Below are positions 46,661-56,805 of a stretch of DNA of 64,000 nucleotides, in pieces. This DNA is from a virus (taxonomy: Duplodnaviria; Caudoviricetes): positions 935-64,934 of the IMG/VR virus record IMGVR_UViG_3300024249_000001. One strand, given 5' to 3'. Position 1 is the stretch's first letter. Every line of letters starts with the position of its first letter. Under the pieces are notes generated by a model, which saw only the letters and a program-made list of their open reading frames with translations, did no database searches and was not told where the DNA came from. The position numbers were made by a program, and so were the translations under genes.

Positions 46661-47806
46661 ATGGCAGGTCCTGCACGTACAGCCCCGCCGTTCACCCGGC
46701 TGAACCATCCCGATCCCGCGACCAACCGGGTCGTCCAGGACATCTACGACAAACTGAACGCGGTCACGCAGGCCCAGGCCGCTCCAGCCCCGGCGAGTCC
46801 TGCGAGTCCCGCGCCGCCCCCCGCGAACCTGCGACGCATCACGACCTCTTACACACTCGCGGGCGCGGATCACACCGTGAGTGCGAACGTCGGCTCGAAC
46901 ACCTCCGTTCTGCTCCCGCCCACCGAGACCGTCCAGGGCCGCGGGCCATTTGTCATCCACAACGAAACCGGCTCCCGCGCCTCACTCTCGCTCGGCTCCG
47001 CGCGCTCCGAGCTGGTGGGCGGAGTCCCGGCGACGGATCATATCCTCGCGCCTGGCGAGTCCCTCAGTGTCCAGCCCCATCCGGGCTACTGGATCGCCAT
47101 CGGCGTCCCAGCCGGCGCGAGTGCGCTCTCCCCGACCACCGCGGCGACTCCATCCGTCCCAGCCGTGCCGCTCACGCCCTCTGGCGTCCCGCCTCCCGGA
47201 TCCGCGACCGACGCCCCCGTAGTCACGAGTCTTCCGGTCCCGCCCGATCCGCTCGCCGTCGTGGGCCAGTATGTGACATTCAACGGCCAGCAATACATCT
47301 TCACCGCTCCGCTCACCGGCGCGGGCGACGGCTACTGGTCCCGGAGCGCCGTGAACTTCGTCACCATCCGCGACACGATGGCAAACCTCGTGCTATACAA
47401 TGCAGCGGATTATGCCCCAGGATCCTTGTTCACCGCAACCGATTGGCTGGTGAGCTACGCCGTCCAGGTCCCGAGTCCGACCAATGTCCCAACCTGGGTC
47501 TACTACAACGGCGTCTACTCGGATGTAATTGCTAACCTCCCGGGCGCGCTCGGCGTGAATGACAAGAACTTCCAGTTCCATGCCACGGACTACTTCCATA
47601 ACTGGATCTGGAACGGCACCGCCTGGCACTTGGGAACCGGCGGGAATCCTCCCGGGTTCCTGGCATTCTTCATCTCCCCCGCGTATCTGCCGCCCGGATC
47701 GCTCTGGCACCTCTGCGACGGCTCCACGCAGAACATCTCCCAGGACGACGGCACCCTGGTCGCGACGGTCCTGCCCACTGTCGCCAACCAATATATCGTT
47801 CAATAG
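46661..47806 (+). CDS. tail fibre-like protein with a C-terminal collar-like motif
   Basis: PPGFLAFF...PPGSLWHLCDGS resembles the tail-collar motif. Confidence 0.6.
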   Translation: MAGPARTAPPFTRLNHPDPATNRVVQDIYDKLNAVTQAQAAPAPASPASPAPPPANLRRITTSYTLAGADHTVSANVGSNTSVLLPPTETVQGRGPFVIHNETGSRASLSLGSARSELVGGVPATDHILAPGESLSVQPHPGYWIAIGVPAGASALSPTTAATPSVPAVPLTPSGVPPPGSATDAPVVTSLPVPPDPLAVVGQYVTFNGQQYIFTAPLTGAGDGYWSRSAVNFVTIRDTMANLVLYNAADYAPGSLFTATDWLVSYAVQVPSPTNVPTWVYYNGVYSDVIANLPGALGVNDKNFQFHATDYFHNWIWNGTAWHLGTGGNPPGFLAFFISPAYLPPGSLWHLCDGSTQNISQDDGTLVATVLPTVANQYIVQ

Positions 47807-47842
47807 GATTGCATTCCCGTCCAGCAGGCATTAGCATGGAGC

Positions 47843-48511
47843 ATGGCCGAGATCGAATTCCTCCCGCCCCCGCGTTCTTCCTCCGAGGCGTCGGAACGGG
47901 TCGACTCGCCCCCGGCTACCAGCGCTCATCCAACGAGCACCGGGGACGGAGCTTCCGCTACCGCAAAGGCTTCGTCCCCTTCAACTACCCAATTCCGTCC
48001 ATTGACGCCGGACGAGATCGAATCGAGTGTCAAGCCGGATTATGACGTGACCGGGAATCCGCTCCCGGACCCGTCGATCTCCACCTTTATCGGCGCACTC
48101 CAAGACTTCCAAGTGATCGCATATCTCTGTCTCCAGGTGAAACTCCACGCCCAACCGCTTGTCATCCGCGACGGCCACCAGTCCGTGCTAAAGTCCCTGG
48201 TCGCCGCAGCCGAGCGCTATATTCTCGCGACCGTCGGTCCCCAGTGGGTCTACCTATTCACGCCCGCCGGGAAACTCGCCCAACTCGCGTCGACCATGGG
48301 CATGCAGCTCGAACCCTGGGTGGTGATGAGCAAGCTCGTCCAACCCGAAGCTCCGGCCAAGCCAGCGTTCGAAATCGTCAGCCATCCCGTGCCCGAACCC
48401 GGGCCATTCCCGGAGCGCGAGGATTACCAAGCCCGCGCGGATGACAACGTATTCGACTCGCTGTTTCCTAACGGCGTGATGCCGATCGACGCGAGCGGAC
48501 GGGTCCAGTAG
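47843..48511 (+). CDS. hypothetical protein, possibly GNAT-like
   Basis: Lies between tail and ejection genes; TTGCAT-N17-TAGCAT upstream. Confidence 0.45.
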   Translation: MAEIEFLPPPRSSSEASERVDSPPATSAHPTSTGDGASATAKASSPSTTQFRPLTPDEIESSVKPDYDVTGNPLPDPSISTFIGALQDFQVIAYLCLQVKLHAQPLVIRDGHQSVLKSLVAAAERYILATVGPQWVYLFTPAGKLAQLASTMGMQLEPWVVMSKLVQPEAPAKPAFEIVSHPVPEPGPFPEREDYQARADDNVFDSLFPNGVMPIDASGRVQ

Positions 48512-48512
48512 C

Positions 48513-49124
48513 ATGGCGAGCTTCGGTCCGTCTGACGCTACCCAGTCCGGCTTCAATACCCTTCAGGCGAACAACGCCGCGACAGGAGCCGCCGCCCCGC
48601 CGCTGGTCAATGCGGGCACGTCGAACTTGGGAGCCGGGGCAAACTTTTTCCGCACCCTCATGGGCGGGTCTGCGGCTGACACCGCCGCCCTGCTCCAGCC
48701 GGACGTGAATCGCGTGAACAACGCGAACCAGCAGACGCTCCAAGCCGTCTCGACCCTCACTCCCCGCGGAGGCGGGCGCAGTTCCACGCTCTTCCAGCTG
48801 CCGTTCCAGGGCAACCAGCAGATCCAGGGCCTGTTCAACGGCCTCCGGGGGCAGGCCGCGAGCACCCTCTCGCAAATCGGCGCCACCCAAGGCGGTCTTG
48901 GCGCAAATCTATTTGGCATCTCCAACCAGGGCGCGGGCACGCTGGGCGAACTCGGCGAGCGCCAGCAGCAGATCACCCAAAGTGCCCGTGCCGCTCTGCT
49001 CAAAGGAATCCTCGGGGCAGTCGCGGGAGTCGCTGGCGGTGGCGGCCTCGGGAATCTGTTCAAACTCGGCGGTGGCGGGGGATTCACCGATTCCGCCGGA
49101 ATGTCGGACACCATAGGAGCATAG
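48513..49124 (+). CDS. DNA ejection protein (P22 gp7-like)
   Basis: Gly/Ala/Gln-rich; position. Confidence 0.6.
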   Translation: MASFGPSDATQSGFNTLQANNAATGAAAPPLVNAGTSNLGAGANFFRTLMGGSAADTAALLQPDVNRVNNANQQTLQAVSTLTPRGGGRSSTLFQLPFQGNQQIQGLFNGLRGQAASTLSQIGATQGGLGANLFGISNQGAGTLGELGERQQQITQSARAALLKGILGAVAGVAGGGGLGNLFKLGGGGGFTDSAGMSDTIGA

Positions 49125-49129
49125 CGCCA

Positions 49130-51289
49130 ATGCCAGGACTCGCAGACATCATCGGACTCGGTGCCGAGGGCGCAGTGAACCCAAACTTCGGCGCTCAGCT
49201 TCATCAGCAGAAGTTCGAAGCCTCTCAGCAGCTCCAGCGGCTCCAGCACATGCACCGCCAGGAACTCGCCCAGAACGCCCAACAGAACGCGGAATACTAC
49301 GGCGGAGTCGGCTCTCCCACCGGCCGGCAATTGCACACGCTCTCCCAGGAACTCCTCTCCTATCCCAACGACGCGACGCTCGAATCCAACCTCGCCAAAG
49401 CCCAGGCACGCTACTCGCAACTGGTCGCCGCCGGGGACAAGGAACTCGCCCAGTCGCACGACGGGAACCGCCCGATTGCGCCCGTGGGAGCCGCTCCAGC
49501 CCCGCCGAACGCGATGAACTCCAGCCCGTTCTCTCCGTTCATCGGCCAGGGAGCGAAGGAAGCGTTTCCCATCGGCGGAGCGCCTCCGGCCGCGCAGCCC
49601 GCGACTAATCCCCTGACTTCTCCGGCGTCTGGCACCAATGGAGGTCCGGCATCCGGTCAGGCGGGCTTTCCCGGGCCTACTGCATCCGGTCCAGCTCCTG
49701 CGCCATCTGTTCCAGCCATCCCCGCAGTCGGCTCGGACGCCGGGATTCCTGCCGCCCCAGTAGCCCCCGTCGCGGGACCTGCGCCAGCGCTGCCCAACTT
49801 CCAGGGCGACATCGACGAGTTCAACCAGACCGGTTACATGTCTCCGGCCATCCGCGCGATGATCCCCGGCAACGCGGCGCTCTCGCTCGGCAAACAGAAA
49901 CTCCAGGCCATCCAACCCATTCTTAGCGAACTCTCCGGAGTCATGGATGAAAACGGCACCCCAGACATCTCCAAACTCCTCCACACCGAAGCCGAACTCT
50001 CCGCCATGGGCGTCGCTCCCGGCGGAATCGCTCCGATGCTCGGAATGCTGGGACCGCAGAATGAAGTTGGCCTAATTCCCTACGGCCAGCTTTCCCAGGA
50101 AGATCAAGCATTCTACGAACGCACGCATCCAGGTGTTGCTCCCCCTGGTCCGCTCGATCCGGTCCGCAAGGTAGTACATAAATACTCCCGCCAGACCATG
50201 TCGATTGAGCCTCAATCCCAGACACTGAACTTCGGCAAGTACGGCCCGAATGGCGAGGTGATCCCCATTCAAGGACGCTCCGGCGAAGCCCTCCCACCCG
50301 TTGAAGGTGCAAATGGCGGACCCGCGCCGATTTCATCTCAGTTCGTCCCCATCGTCCGCAACGGAATCCATTACCAATGGGTGGACTTCGGGGACCACAA
50401 AGAACTCCTGCCGATGCCCACGTCGAACACGTCTCAACGTGGAGCAGGTGCTCCCCGAGCGGCAGGTGGTGGATCGCTCGCGCCAGTTGCTCCCGCCACT
50501 AAGACTGCCACGCCGCCAACTTCTGGTACGCCCCCAGCTGCTCCCGCGCCGTCCAGCGGCAACTACCGCATGAAGGGCCTGAATCCCTCGAAGGCCCTGG
50601 ACATGAAGAACGCCATCGAAGTCGGCGCGCATCAGCTCTGGGGAGATCCGGACAACCCAGCCCTGCGTCCGCTCGCGTCCTATGCAAAACTCGCCGACGA
50701 CCCTGCCGCACGCGACCGCATCGGGGCCGCGCTCAAACTCGTCCTCGACAACGGCGGCGCGGACGCAGCGTCCCACGTGGGCGCGACCATCGGTCCAGTG
50801 AGCGTCTCCGCTGGCGGCGTAGGCGAGTGGTTCACCAACCAGCTTGGAGTCCCACAGAAAGTCGCCCAGCAGCGCGCACAGATCCTGCGCGACGCGACAG
50901 CCAAGCTCACGCCGGAGGAACTCCAGTATTTCAATTCGCTCATGAACGCGATCCCGACGATCACCGGCCTTCGGCGCCTCACAGGCTCCGGGGCGTTCCG
51001 CTGGTCCCAGCAGGGCCTCGAACGCGAACTCCCGATGATCGGCCTCGCCGGGACTAACTCCGCCGAGGCGTTCCGCCAAAAAATGATCGCCCTCGGCGAC
51101 GAGCCGCTCACCGCGATTAAGAACATCGAACGCACGAACCCGGGCGCGATCGACCCGCGGATCGTTCAGATGATCCGCGGCGGTGGAGGGTCCGCGCCAA
51201 CTTCTGCGATCCAGGCAGTCCCCGGTGCTCCTCCACCTGTCGCTCACTGGGGTCGCGACGCCCACGGCAACCCAGTCCGGCTACAATAG
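49130..51289 (+). CDS. DNA ejection/internal virion protein
   Basis: 719 aa; helical with a Pro/Ala linker; position. Confidence 0.6.
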   Translation: MPGLADIIGLGAEGAVNPNFGAQLHQQKFEASQQLQRLQHMHRQELAQNAQQNAEYYGGVGSPTGRQLHTLSQELLSYPNDATLESNLAKAQARYSQLVAAGDKELAQSHDGNRPIAPVGAAPAPPNAMNSSPFSPFIGQGAKEAFPIGGAPPAAQPATNPLTSPASGTNGGPASGQAGFPGPTASGPAPAPSVPAIPAVGSDAGIPAAPVAPVAGPAPALPNFQGDIDEFNQTGYMSPAIRAMIPGNAALSLGKQKLQAIQPILSELSGVMDENGTPDISKLLHTEAELSAMGVAPGGIAPMLGMLGPQNEVGLIPYGQLSQEDQAFYERTHPGVAPPGPLDPVRKVVHKYSRQTMSIEPQSQTLNFGKYGPNGEVIPIQGRSGEALPPVEGANGGPAPISSQFVPIVRNGIHYQWVDFGDHKELLPMPTSNTSQRGAGAPRAAGGGSLAPVAPATKTATPPTSGTPPAAPAPSSGNYRMKGLNPSKALDMKNAIEVGAHQLWGDPDNPALRPLASYAKLADDPAARDRIGAALKLVLDNGGADAASHVGATIGPVSVSAGGVGEWFTNQLGVPQKVAQQRAQILRDATAKLTPEELQYFNSLMNAIPTITGLRRLTGSGAFRWSQQGLERELPMIGLAGTNSAEAFRQKMIALGDEPLTAIKNIERTNPGAIDPRIVQMIRGGGGSAPTSAIQAVPGAPPPVAHWGRDAHGNPVRLQ

Positions 51290-51293
51290 CACC

Positions 51294-52631
51294 ATGCCCG
51301 GAGCGGATCAGGTCGTACAGTTCGAGGGAACCGAGCATCACTTCCCGGCGGACTTCACCGACGCTGATATTGCCAAGGCCCTCGCCAATCCGAACGGTCC
51401 TACGCAGCCTCCGATCGGAATCCGCCCGGCGAGTCCCTGGGAATCCATCAAATCCCGGTTCTCCGAGTTCACCGCCGACCCGCTCGGCACGCTGCTCTCG
51501 CCCATCCCGGGCTCGGAAGACTTCCAGGGCCATGGGGATCCTTGGGGCCAGTTTGCCCTCGGCGGAATTGCCCCCGGCGGCGCCACGCTCCACGAGTTCA
51601 TGGCCCTACCCAAGAGCAAGGGCCTGGCGAGGCTGACCGATCTACCTGGGAAGTTGATCCAAGCCTACCGGAACGCCAGCGCAGCGTCGCGAGCCGCGAG
51701 TGCCGCCCGGGTCGCTCAGACCGCCGGGCAGGAGATGGTCCGCTCCGGAGAACTCCCATCGCTTGAGGACATCCGGAACCTCCCCGTCCCGCCGGCGCGC
51801 ACTCCGCCTGAGATCCCCGGCCTCGAAGACTGGAAGGCATTCAAGCCCACCCGTGGAGCTGTGCCCAAGTTCACTCCCGGCCCGGAGGTTCCCGAAATCG
51901 GCGTGAGCGGTCGACGCGGAGCACGTGCGCCCGATCTCGGTGAAGGCGCGCTCGTTCCGCCCGCGAGCGTTCCCGATCTCTCCGGTCTCCCCGAGCCAGC
52001 AGCGACTCCGTTCAAGCCAAATCCGCGCGTGGCCAAGACCATGCGCTATTCGAGCGGCTCGGAAGTCCCGGAGATCGGCGTCACTGGCCGTCGTGCGCCC
52101 ATGCCGGATCTGGGAACCGGCCCACTCGTCCCGCCTGCGACTGAGCCTGATCTCTCCGGCCTGCCCGTCCCAGGTCCGACGTTCAAGCCAAATCCACACG
52201 TCGCCAAAGGCATGAAGTTCTCCCCCGGAAGCGAGATCCCGGAGGTGGGCGTGAGCGGTCGGAACCCAGGACTCGTCCGGCGGACTCCGTTCACTCCCGC
52301 GTCCGCTCCCGCCGTGGACATCACCACCGGGGAGGAACTCGTCCCGGCGCCCAAAGGCAAAGGTCCTAAGAGCGCTCCGATCCCGCCCATCGAACCGAAA
52401 GGATCTCCCGTGCCCCCGAATAGTCCCAGCTTCCGCCATCCCGCCGACTACACCGACCTGATCCGCCAGTTCCACGCAACCCATCCCAAGGGAACGAGCC
52501 TACGCTCGGACGCAGCCGCCGTTTACAACCTCAAGCCCGGAACGATGCCCACCTACGAGCAAGCCCTCGCCATCCACGAGTGGCGGCTCAGGAACCCGGG
52601 GAAGTCTCCCACCGCGGCGGACATCAAATAG
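51294..52631 (+). CDS. internal virion protein with Pro-rich tandem repeats
   Basis: N-terminal VQFEGTEHHFPADFTDADI motif; TACAAT 6 nt upstream of the ATG. Confidence 0.65.
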   Translation: MPGADQVVQFEGTEHHFPADFTDADIAKALANPNGPTQPPIGIRPASPWESIKSRFSEFTADPLGTLLSPIPGSEDFQGHGDPWGQFALGGIAPGGATLHEFMALPKSKGLARLTDLPGKLIQAYRNASAASRAASAARVAQTAGQEMVRSGELPSLEDIRNLPVPPARTPPEIPGLEDWKAFKPTRGAVPKFTPGPEVPEIGVSGRRGARAPDLGEGALVPPASVPDLSGLPEPAATPFKPNPRVAKTMRYSSGSEVPEIGVTGRRAPMPDLGTGPLVPPATEPDLSGLPVPGPTFKPNPHVAKGMKFSPGSEIPEVGVSGRNPGLVRRTPFTPASAPAVDITTGEELVPAPKGKGPKSAPIPPIEPKGSPVPPNSPSFRHPADYTDLIRQFHATHPKGTSLRSDAAAVYNLKPGTMPTYEQALAIHEWRLRNPGKSPTAADIK

Positions 52632-53261
52632 CGCTCTCGCTAATCGAGCCGTGTTAGTCCAACGCACGCGCACACGAACGCTACCAGCGCCTCAGCGCAG
52701 CAGATCACGATAAAGATGTCCCAGAACATTTCCTCTTCTCCTTCTCATTAGATTTTGTTTGCTCATCCCCGCCGAGCTTTAATCCAATCAGCGCCTGCCT
52801 GATCCTATACCGACACACGCAGTTACATGCTTCCACTTCCTCTGGGTTACACGGAATAAGGTATGGGCACTCGAATTGGAAGGTGATGGACTGCTTGGGC
52901 ACGTAGGGGAGTGTAGCATGAAATACAACCAAGACGTGCGAAAATTTTTGGTGGGCTGTGGATGGTCAGCGCGCGCCTCGCGACCCCCTGGCCGGCCTCC
53001 TCGAACAATGGCGGCCGCAGGCGCAATGCACTCGCGCAGGGCTAGCGTCGCAAGCGATTCCGCGCGGTCCGCGCGCACGACGACGACGCGACGACGCGGG
53101 ATGGTCCAGACGAGCTCGTGCAAAGTGGACATAATGCCCGTTATCACACGTTGTATTTGGTGCAAACAAAGGCTCGCGCCAAGATTCCTTGTTTCCTTGG
53201 TCGCTTATATCTATATGTAGTGGCCGGCGACCGCGGGAGATTCGGACACGAATGTCCGATG

Positions 53262-53453
53262 TTATAGCCCATGCTTGCGAAGGATCGCGTCTATTCGATG
53301 TTGCGCCTTGAGCTCTCGCACGCGACGCCAGGTCATCACGCGCTGGGGCATCGGCCGACCGCACCCGCGGCTAACATGGAGCCCACCGCAAGCCCGCACT
53401 TCCGGCATATTCCACTTCCCGCAAACACAGCGCCAAGCGCCATCCGGTAGCAT
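53262..53453 (-). CDS. small Zn-finger protein
   Basis: WRCVCG...RACG...CG. Confidence 0.45.
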   Translation of the reverse strand: MLPDGAWRCVCGKWNMPEVRACGGLHVSRGCGRPMPQRVMTWRRVRELKAQHRIDAILRKHGL

Positions 53454-53548
53454 CCAATATCATCTTAACTGAGATTGGCAAGCCCTGCTTAACGTCTGTT
53501 ACATCGTGTGCTGTTGATTCCAAACGTAAGATTCTTTGAATGAGGGTA

Positions 53549-53577
53549 TTGACACCCGATTCCGCACGTTGTATTCT
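53549..53577 (+). promoter_or_regulatory. strong sigma70-type early promoter
   Basis: TTGACA-N17-TATTCT, 6 nt before the ATG at 53584. Confidence 0.75.
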
Positions 53578-53583
53578 TGGTTC

Positions 53584-53733
53584 ATGAGAAAGCCAACGAT
53601 CTACGAAGCCTTAGCCGCTAAGCTTGGCCGGACTCCCACACTCGCCGAACTCAAAGCCGATGTGGCTCGCATCAAGAGTGAAGCGATTCAGGAGCTCGCA
53701 GCCAAGGGCAAGCTAAGGTTTCAACGTCGTTAG
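53584..53733 (+). CDS. small hypothetical protein
   Basis: Promoter directly upstream. Confidence 0.6.
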   Translation: MRKPTIYEALAAKLGRTPTLAELKADVARIKSEAIQELAAKGKLRFQRR

Positions 53734-53753
53734 GCTAACTCAAATACGAAAGG

Positions 53754-54323
53754 ATGCCGACCTATATGTCGATGAACCTATACGCTGCAACACACTTCCG
53801 CTCGATCGGTTCGAGCGTACACCATGACACTCCCAGACTGATTGCCGACGATGGCACGATTCAAAGCGTAGGGAATCTTAAATGGGCAGACCATCGCGCA
53901 GAGTTTGAAGCACTCCGCGAAGGCTTGTCCACTGTAGTGGCAATTTCCCTGGAAGATTCGCGCCATATAATTAACGAGGGATGGCGTGTCACACGCCTAC
54001 CGGACCATCGCACGAATCGAATGGTCTACGACAAACACGCCAAGGAAATCGTCATGATCACGAATGGCGCCTGCGTTCATGATCACACTTCGCGTGAGAA
54101 CTACGGCAAGACGCATGGAGATAATCAGGCTTGCCAGTTTGCGCCGTCTGAAGCGATTGCCCTCCGCGCGTTCCTCGATAACGGCAAGGCGGTAATTGCT
54201 TGGACGTATCGCGCCGTGAATCCGTGCGACCTGCAACCGATTAACGATGAGAAACACGCAAGGGCACAGTTTGAAGCCGTGATGTCCCATCGCCGATCCG
54301 CGCGGTTCATTGGAAGGATATAA
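53754..54323 (+). CDS. hypothetical protein
   Basis: AAAGGA SD; 189 aa. Confidence 0.55.
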   Translation: MPTYMSMNLYAATHFRSIGSSVHHDTPRLIADDGTIQSVGNLKWADHRAEFEALREGLSTVVAISLEDSRHIINEGWRVTRLPDHRTNRMVYDKHAKEIVMITNGACVHDHTSRENYGKTHGDNQACQFAPSEAIALRAFLDNGKAVIAWTYRAVNPCDLQPINDEKHARAQFEAVMSHRRSARFIGRI

Positions 54324-54326
54324 GCC

Positions 54327-54578
54327 ATGATCACCAAACCACTACCAAAAGCCAAGCTTGCTGAAGACATGGGCGCCATGGCCGGCTTGCGTCATGCGGA
54401 AGTGATGAATGCCAAGATCACGGCCGGCGGTTCGATCCTGTACGATCCTTGGCAAGATGCGCTGAGGATCGCCAAAGAGGGAGTGCGGAAATTCTCCGCA
54501 CTCAAAGACAAGATCGCCTATGAACACTGCTTCATGGCTACGTTTCGCGATAACTTCACACTGGGAGACGGCCGCTAA
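54327..54578 (+). CDS. hypothetical protein
   Basis: Coupled to the HNH gene. Confidence 0.55.
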   Translation: MITKPLPKAKLAEDMGAMAGLRHAEVMNAKITAGGSILYDPWQDALRIAKEGVRKFSALKDKIAYEHCFMATFRDNFTLGDGR

Positions 54579-54898
54579 TGGATAAGCTACCGTCCGATGA
54601 GTTCATGCGGAAGAAGCTGCGGATCTGGCGGACTAAGCGGAGGGTGGAAGGACGGGATCAGCATCAAGAGCGTAAGGCGTGGCTCCAGGCGGGGGATGTG
54701 ACTAGAGCTCAGTTGGTCCGGCTCGTACAAGGGTCAAAAGGGTTATGCAAGTACTGTGGTCGGCCGGTTAAGACTAACTGCGGAACTCAGCCGGTTGGAT
54801 TCGATCATGTGATACCGAGAGTGAAGGGCGGCAGGCATACGATCTTAAACATGGTCGTGTGTTGTGGACCGTGCAACTCAATTAAGGGCCGGAAGTAA
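54578..54898 (+). CDS. HNH endonuclease
   Basis: CKYCG...FDHVIPRVKGG.H...NMVVCCGPCNSIKG. Confidence 0.88.
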   Translation: MDKLPSDEFMRKKLRIWRTKRRVEGRDQHQERKAWLQAGDVTRAQLVRLVQGSKGLCKYCGRPVKTNCGTQPVGFDHVIPRVKGGRHTILNMVVCCGPCNSIKGRK

Positions 54899-54924
54899 AG
54901 GAAAACGGCTTATAAGGAGAGCCG

Positions 54925-55137
54925 ATGCAAATGCAGACCAATCACTTCAACCAAGTGCGAGTTAAAGACCTGCTAGACTCCACGAGTTCATTTATCTATT
55001 GTCCAATGTGTGGCGCGGAGTTCTCCGCTACACGGGGGGATTACTTCCAGCTATCACCGGATCATGTGTTCGAGCATTGCGGCGAACCAATGTGGCTTGC
55101 AACGAAGCAGGTAGTGATTCACCGATTAAGTAGGTGA
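54925..55137 (+). CDS. small Zn-ribbon protein
   Basis: AAGGAG SD; CPMCG...HCG. Confidence 0.6.
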   Translation: MQMQTNHFNQVRVKDLLDSTSSFIYCPMCGAEFSATRGDYFQLSPDHVFEHCGEPMWLATKQVVIHRLSR

Positions 55138-55267
55138 CCAAGGCTCGCACGCTCCTACTCCTTAGGGCGGCGCTCTGGCAATACGCTAGAGTTCCGCACG
55201 CCTAGGGGCTTGCACTTGGCGCACTCGCAATAGTGCGCCTTGTGGAGGGTTAAGGAGCCTCCGACGG

Positions 55268-55444
55268 ATGACAAAGACACAAACTGAACAGCCACATCCA
55301 GTGGCTATCATGCTCAATCCGCACAAGTATGGCTATACGCAGTGTTCGCACTGCAATGGCTATGGTTCAAGCCTCAGAGAAGCCGCGCCGAAATGCACGC
55401 GCTGTGGCGGATTCGGGTTAGTCAAGGAGGTCAGCAATGGTTAG
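55268..55444 (+). CDS. small DnaJ-type Zn-finger protein
   Basis: Read manually; CSHCNGYG and CTRCGGFG. Confidence 0.6.
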   Translation: MTKTQTEQPHPVAIMLNPHKYGYTQCSHCNGYGSSLREAAPKCTRCGGFGLVKEVSNG

Positions 55445-55832
55445 CAAAATCATCGAGATTCGCGACGCGGGGACGTTCATTCCCGCGCTGGCAATTCGGT
55501 TAGGCTCGCCGGAGGAACGCGAGCGATACTTACTCGCGCGGTCGGGATTCGGCAGGACATTCGAGGACCAATCGGAGTACATCGTGCTCTGCAAGATCAA
55601 CGGAGGCGAGCCGTGCGAGTGTCACATTGATCCGTTTAGCTGGGGCCAGAATCCCCGGACCATGTTCGTCGCTCATATGTATCTGCTAAACCGTCAAAGT
55701 GAAATACACGAGCCGTTCGGGAAGCATGATGGATTCGACTCGCTCCCGCAAGGTGCGCTAATCGACGTGGAATATATTCTAGGGATTCGGCCCGAGCCCA
55801 AGGAATCCGAGGCGGTGCGTTATGCCAGCTGA
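55437..55832 (+). CDS. hypothetical protein
   Basis: AAGGAGG SD. Confidence 0.65.
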   Translation: MVSKIIEIRDAGTFIPALAIRLGSPEERERYLLARSGFGRTFEDQSEYIVLCKINGGEPCECHIDPFSWGQNPRTMFVAHMYLLNRQSEIHEPFGKHDGFDSLPQGALIDVEYILGIRPEPKESEAVRYAS

Positions 55833-56058
55833 CGGGAGTCTCGCCGCGCTGGTGCTCTGGGCGCTCGGAATCGGCGCGGTCTCCTGGTGCTGGGACACGA
55901 TCGAGCGGCGGTTGCTCGAGTGGCGCTGGAAGGCTAACCAGCGCAAGGTTGCTAAGACATGGCGCCAGTGGTACGCAAGCCGGCCGTGCAAGCGCTCGGA
56001 GACCGAGCCCTGGCGCTCTCCGGCAGAACGTCCGCGGACGAAGGCGGGACGGCTATGA
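55822..56058 (+). CDS. small membrane-anchored protein
   Basis: N-terminal TM; overlap with the upstream gene. Confidence 0.5.
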   Translation: MPADGSLAALVLWALGIGAVSWCWDTIERRLLEWRWKANQRKVAKTWRQWYASRPCKRSETEPWRSPAERPRTKAGRL

Positions 56059-56537
56059 CTACGCGCGGAGGCGTTGCCAAGCGGGTGCGGCTGGATAAGG
56101 AAGCGCACCCGGAGAACTACTGCACGAATGCTAATTGCTTGTGGCGCACCAAGTCGCACGACGGGTTCAAGCCGTGCCCGAAGCACCCCAGAACGGACAA
56201 GCCATGCAAGTCGTGACTGGATTCGCCCTGCTAGGCGGCTTGTGGTTCGGAATCCACGCGGCGCTCTGGGGAGTGGCGAACACCCTGGATCACGCCGCGC
56301 TGGTCCTGCACAAGCTAGCAGGGACCTGGCGCGGGCTGCACGCGGCCAAGTCGCGCACGTTGGCCTCTGAGTGGGTCCGGACGCTCGAACGCGCTGGGAC
56401 CGCGCCAGACGCGCAGGATCAGGCATTCCTGGGACGCGCCGGGATCAGGACGGACGGCTACACCGGCGAGTAGGCTCGGGCATAACAAACGCTTATGCTA
56501 GGACGCCACAGGATAAGCCAAACTCCCGCCGAATCCC

Positions 56538-56750
56538 GCGAACCGTAACGCTGAACTCTAATACAATACGGGTCGTATGGTTCGCTGGCGGTTCGCTGTG
56601 ACGCAGGTTGATTTGCCGCTAGCCGCACTCTCTTTTACCACGGCATATATGTTATGGTTCGTTGGGTAAGACATGTAGGATCATCAAGATCGAACCATCC
56701 GCGAGCCATTTGGCTACATTATGGTTCGCGCGGAATATCCAATGAACCGT
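56538..56750. repeat. iteron-like GGTTCG/CGAACC repeats, putative replication origin
   Basis: Eight copies in both orientations within an AT-richer intergenic region. Confidence 0.55.
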
Positions 56751-56805
56751 ACGGAAATAGGGGGAATCAGGGGTAGATTTTATTAAGCCATGCTATACTC
56801 CTCCC

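Noticed and set aside
34526-49984. Long antisense ORFs (34526-35830, 39894-41303, 48563-49984) and 27319-28320
   Set aside because: They mirror well-supported plus-strand genes, have Arg/Gly/Val-biased composition typical of shadow ORFs in GC-rich DNA, and show no motifs.
52632-53260. ORFs 52705-52932, 52788-53165 and 52876-53220
   Set aside because: They overlap and conflict, with low-complexity Arg-rich translations; I cannot tell which, if any, is real.
56480-56800. CRISPR-like array
   Set aside because: The repeats are only 6-9 nt, irregularly spaced and in both orientations. The Cas4-like gene is a normal phage recombination nuclease.
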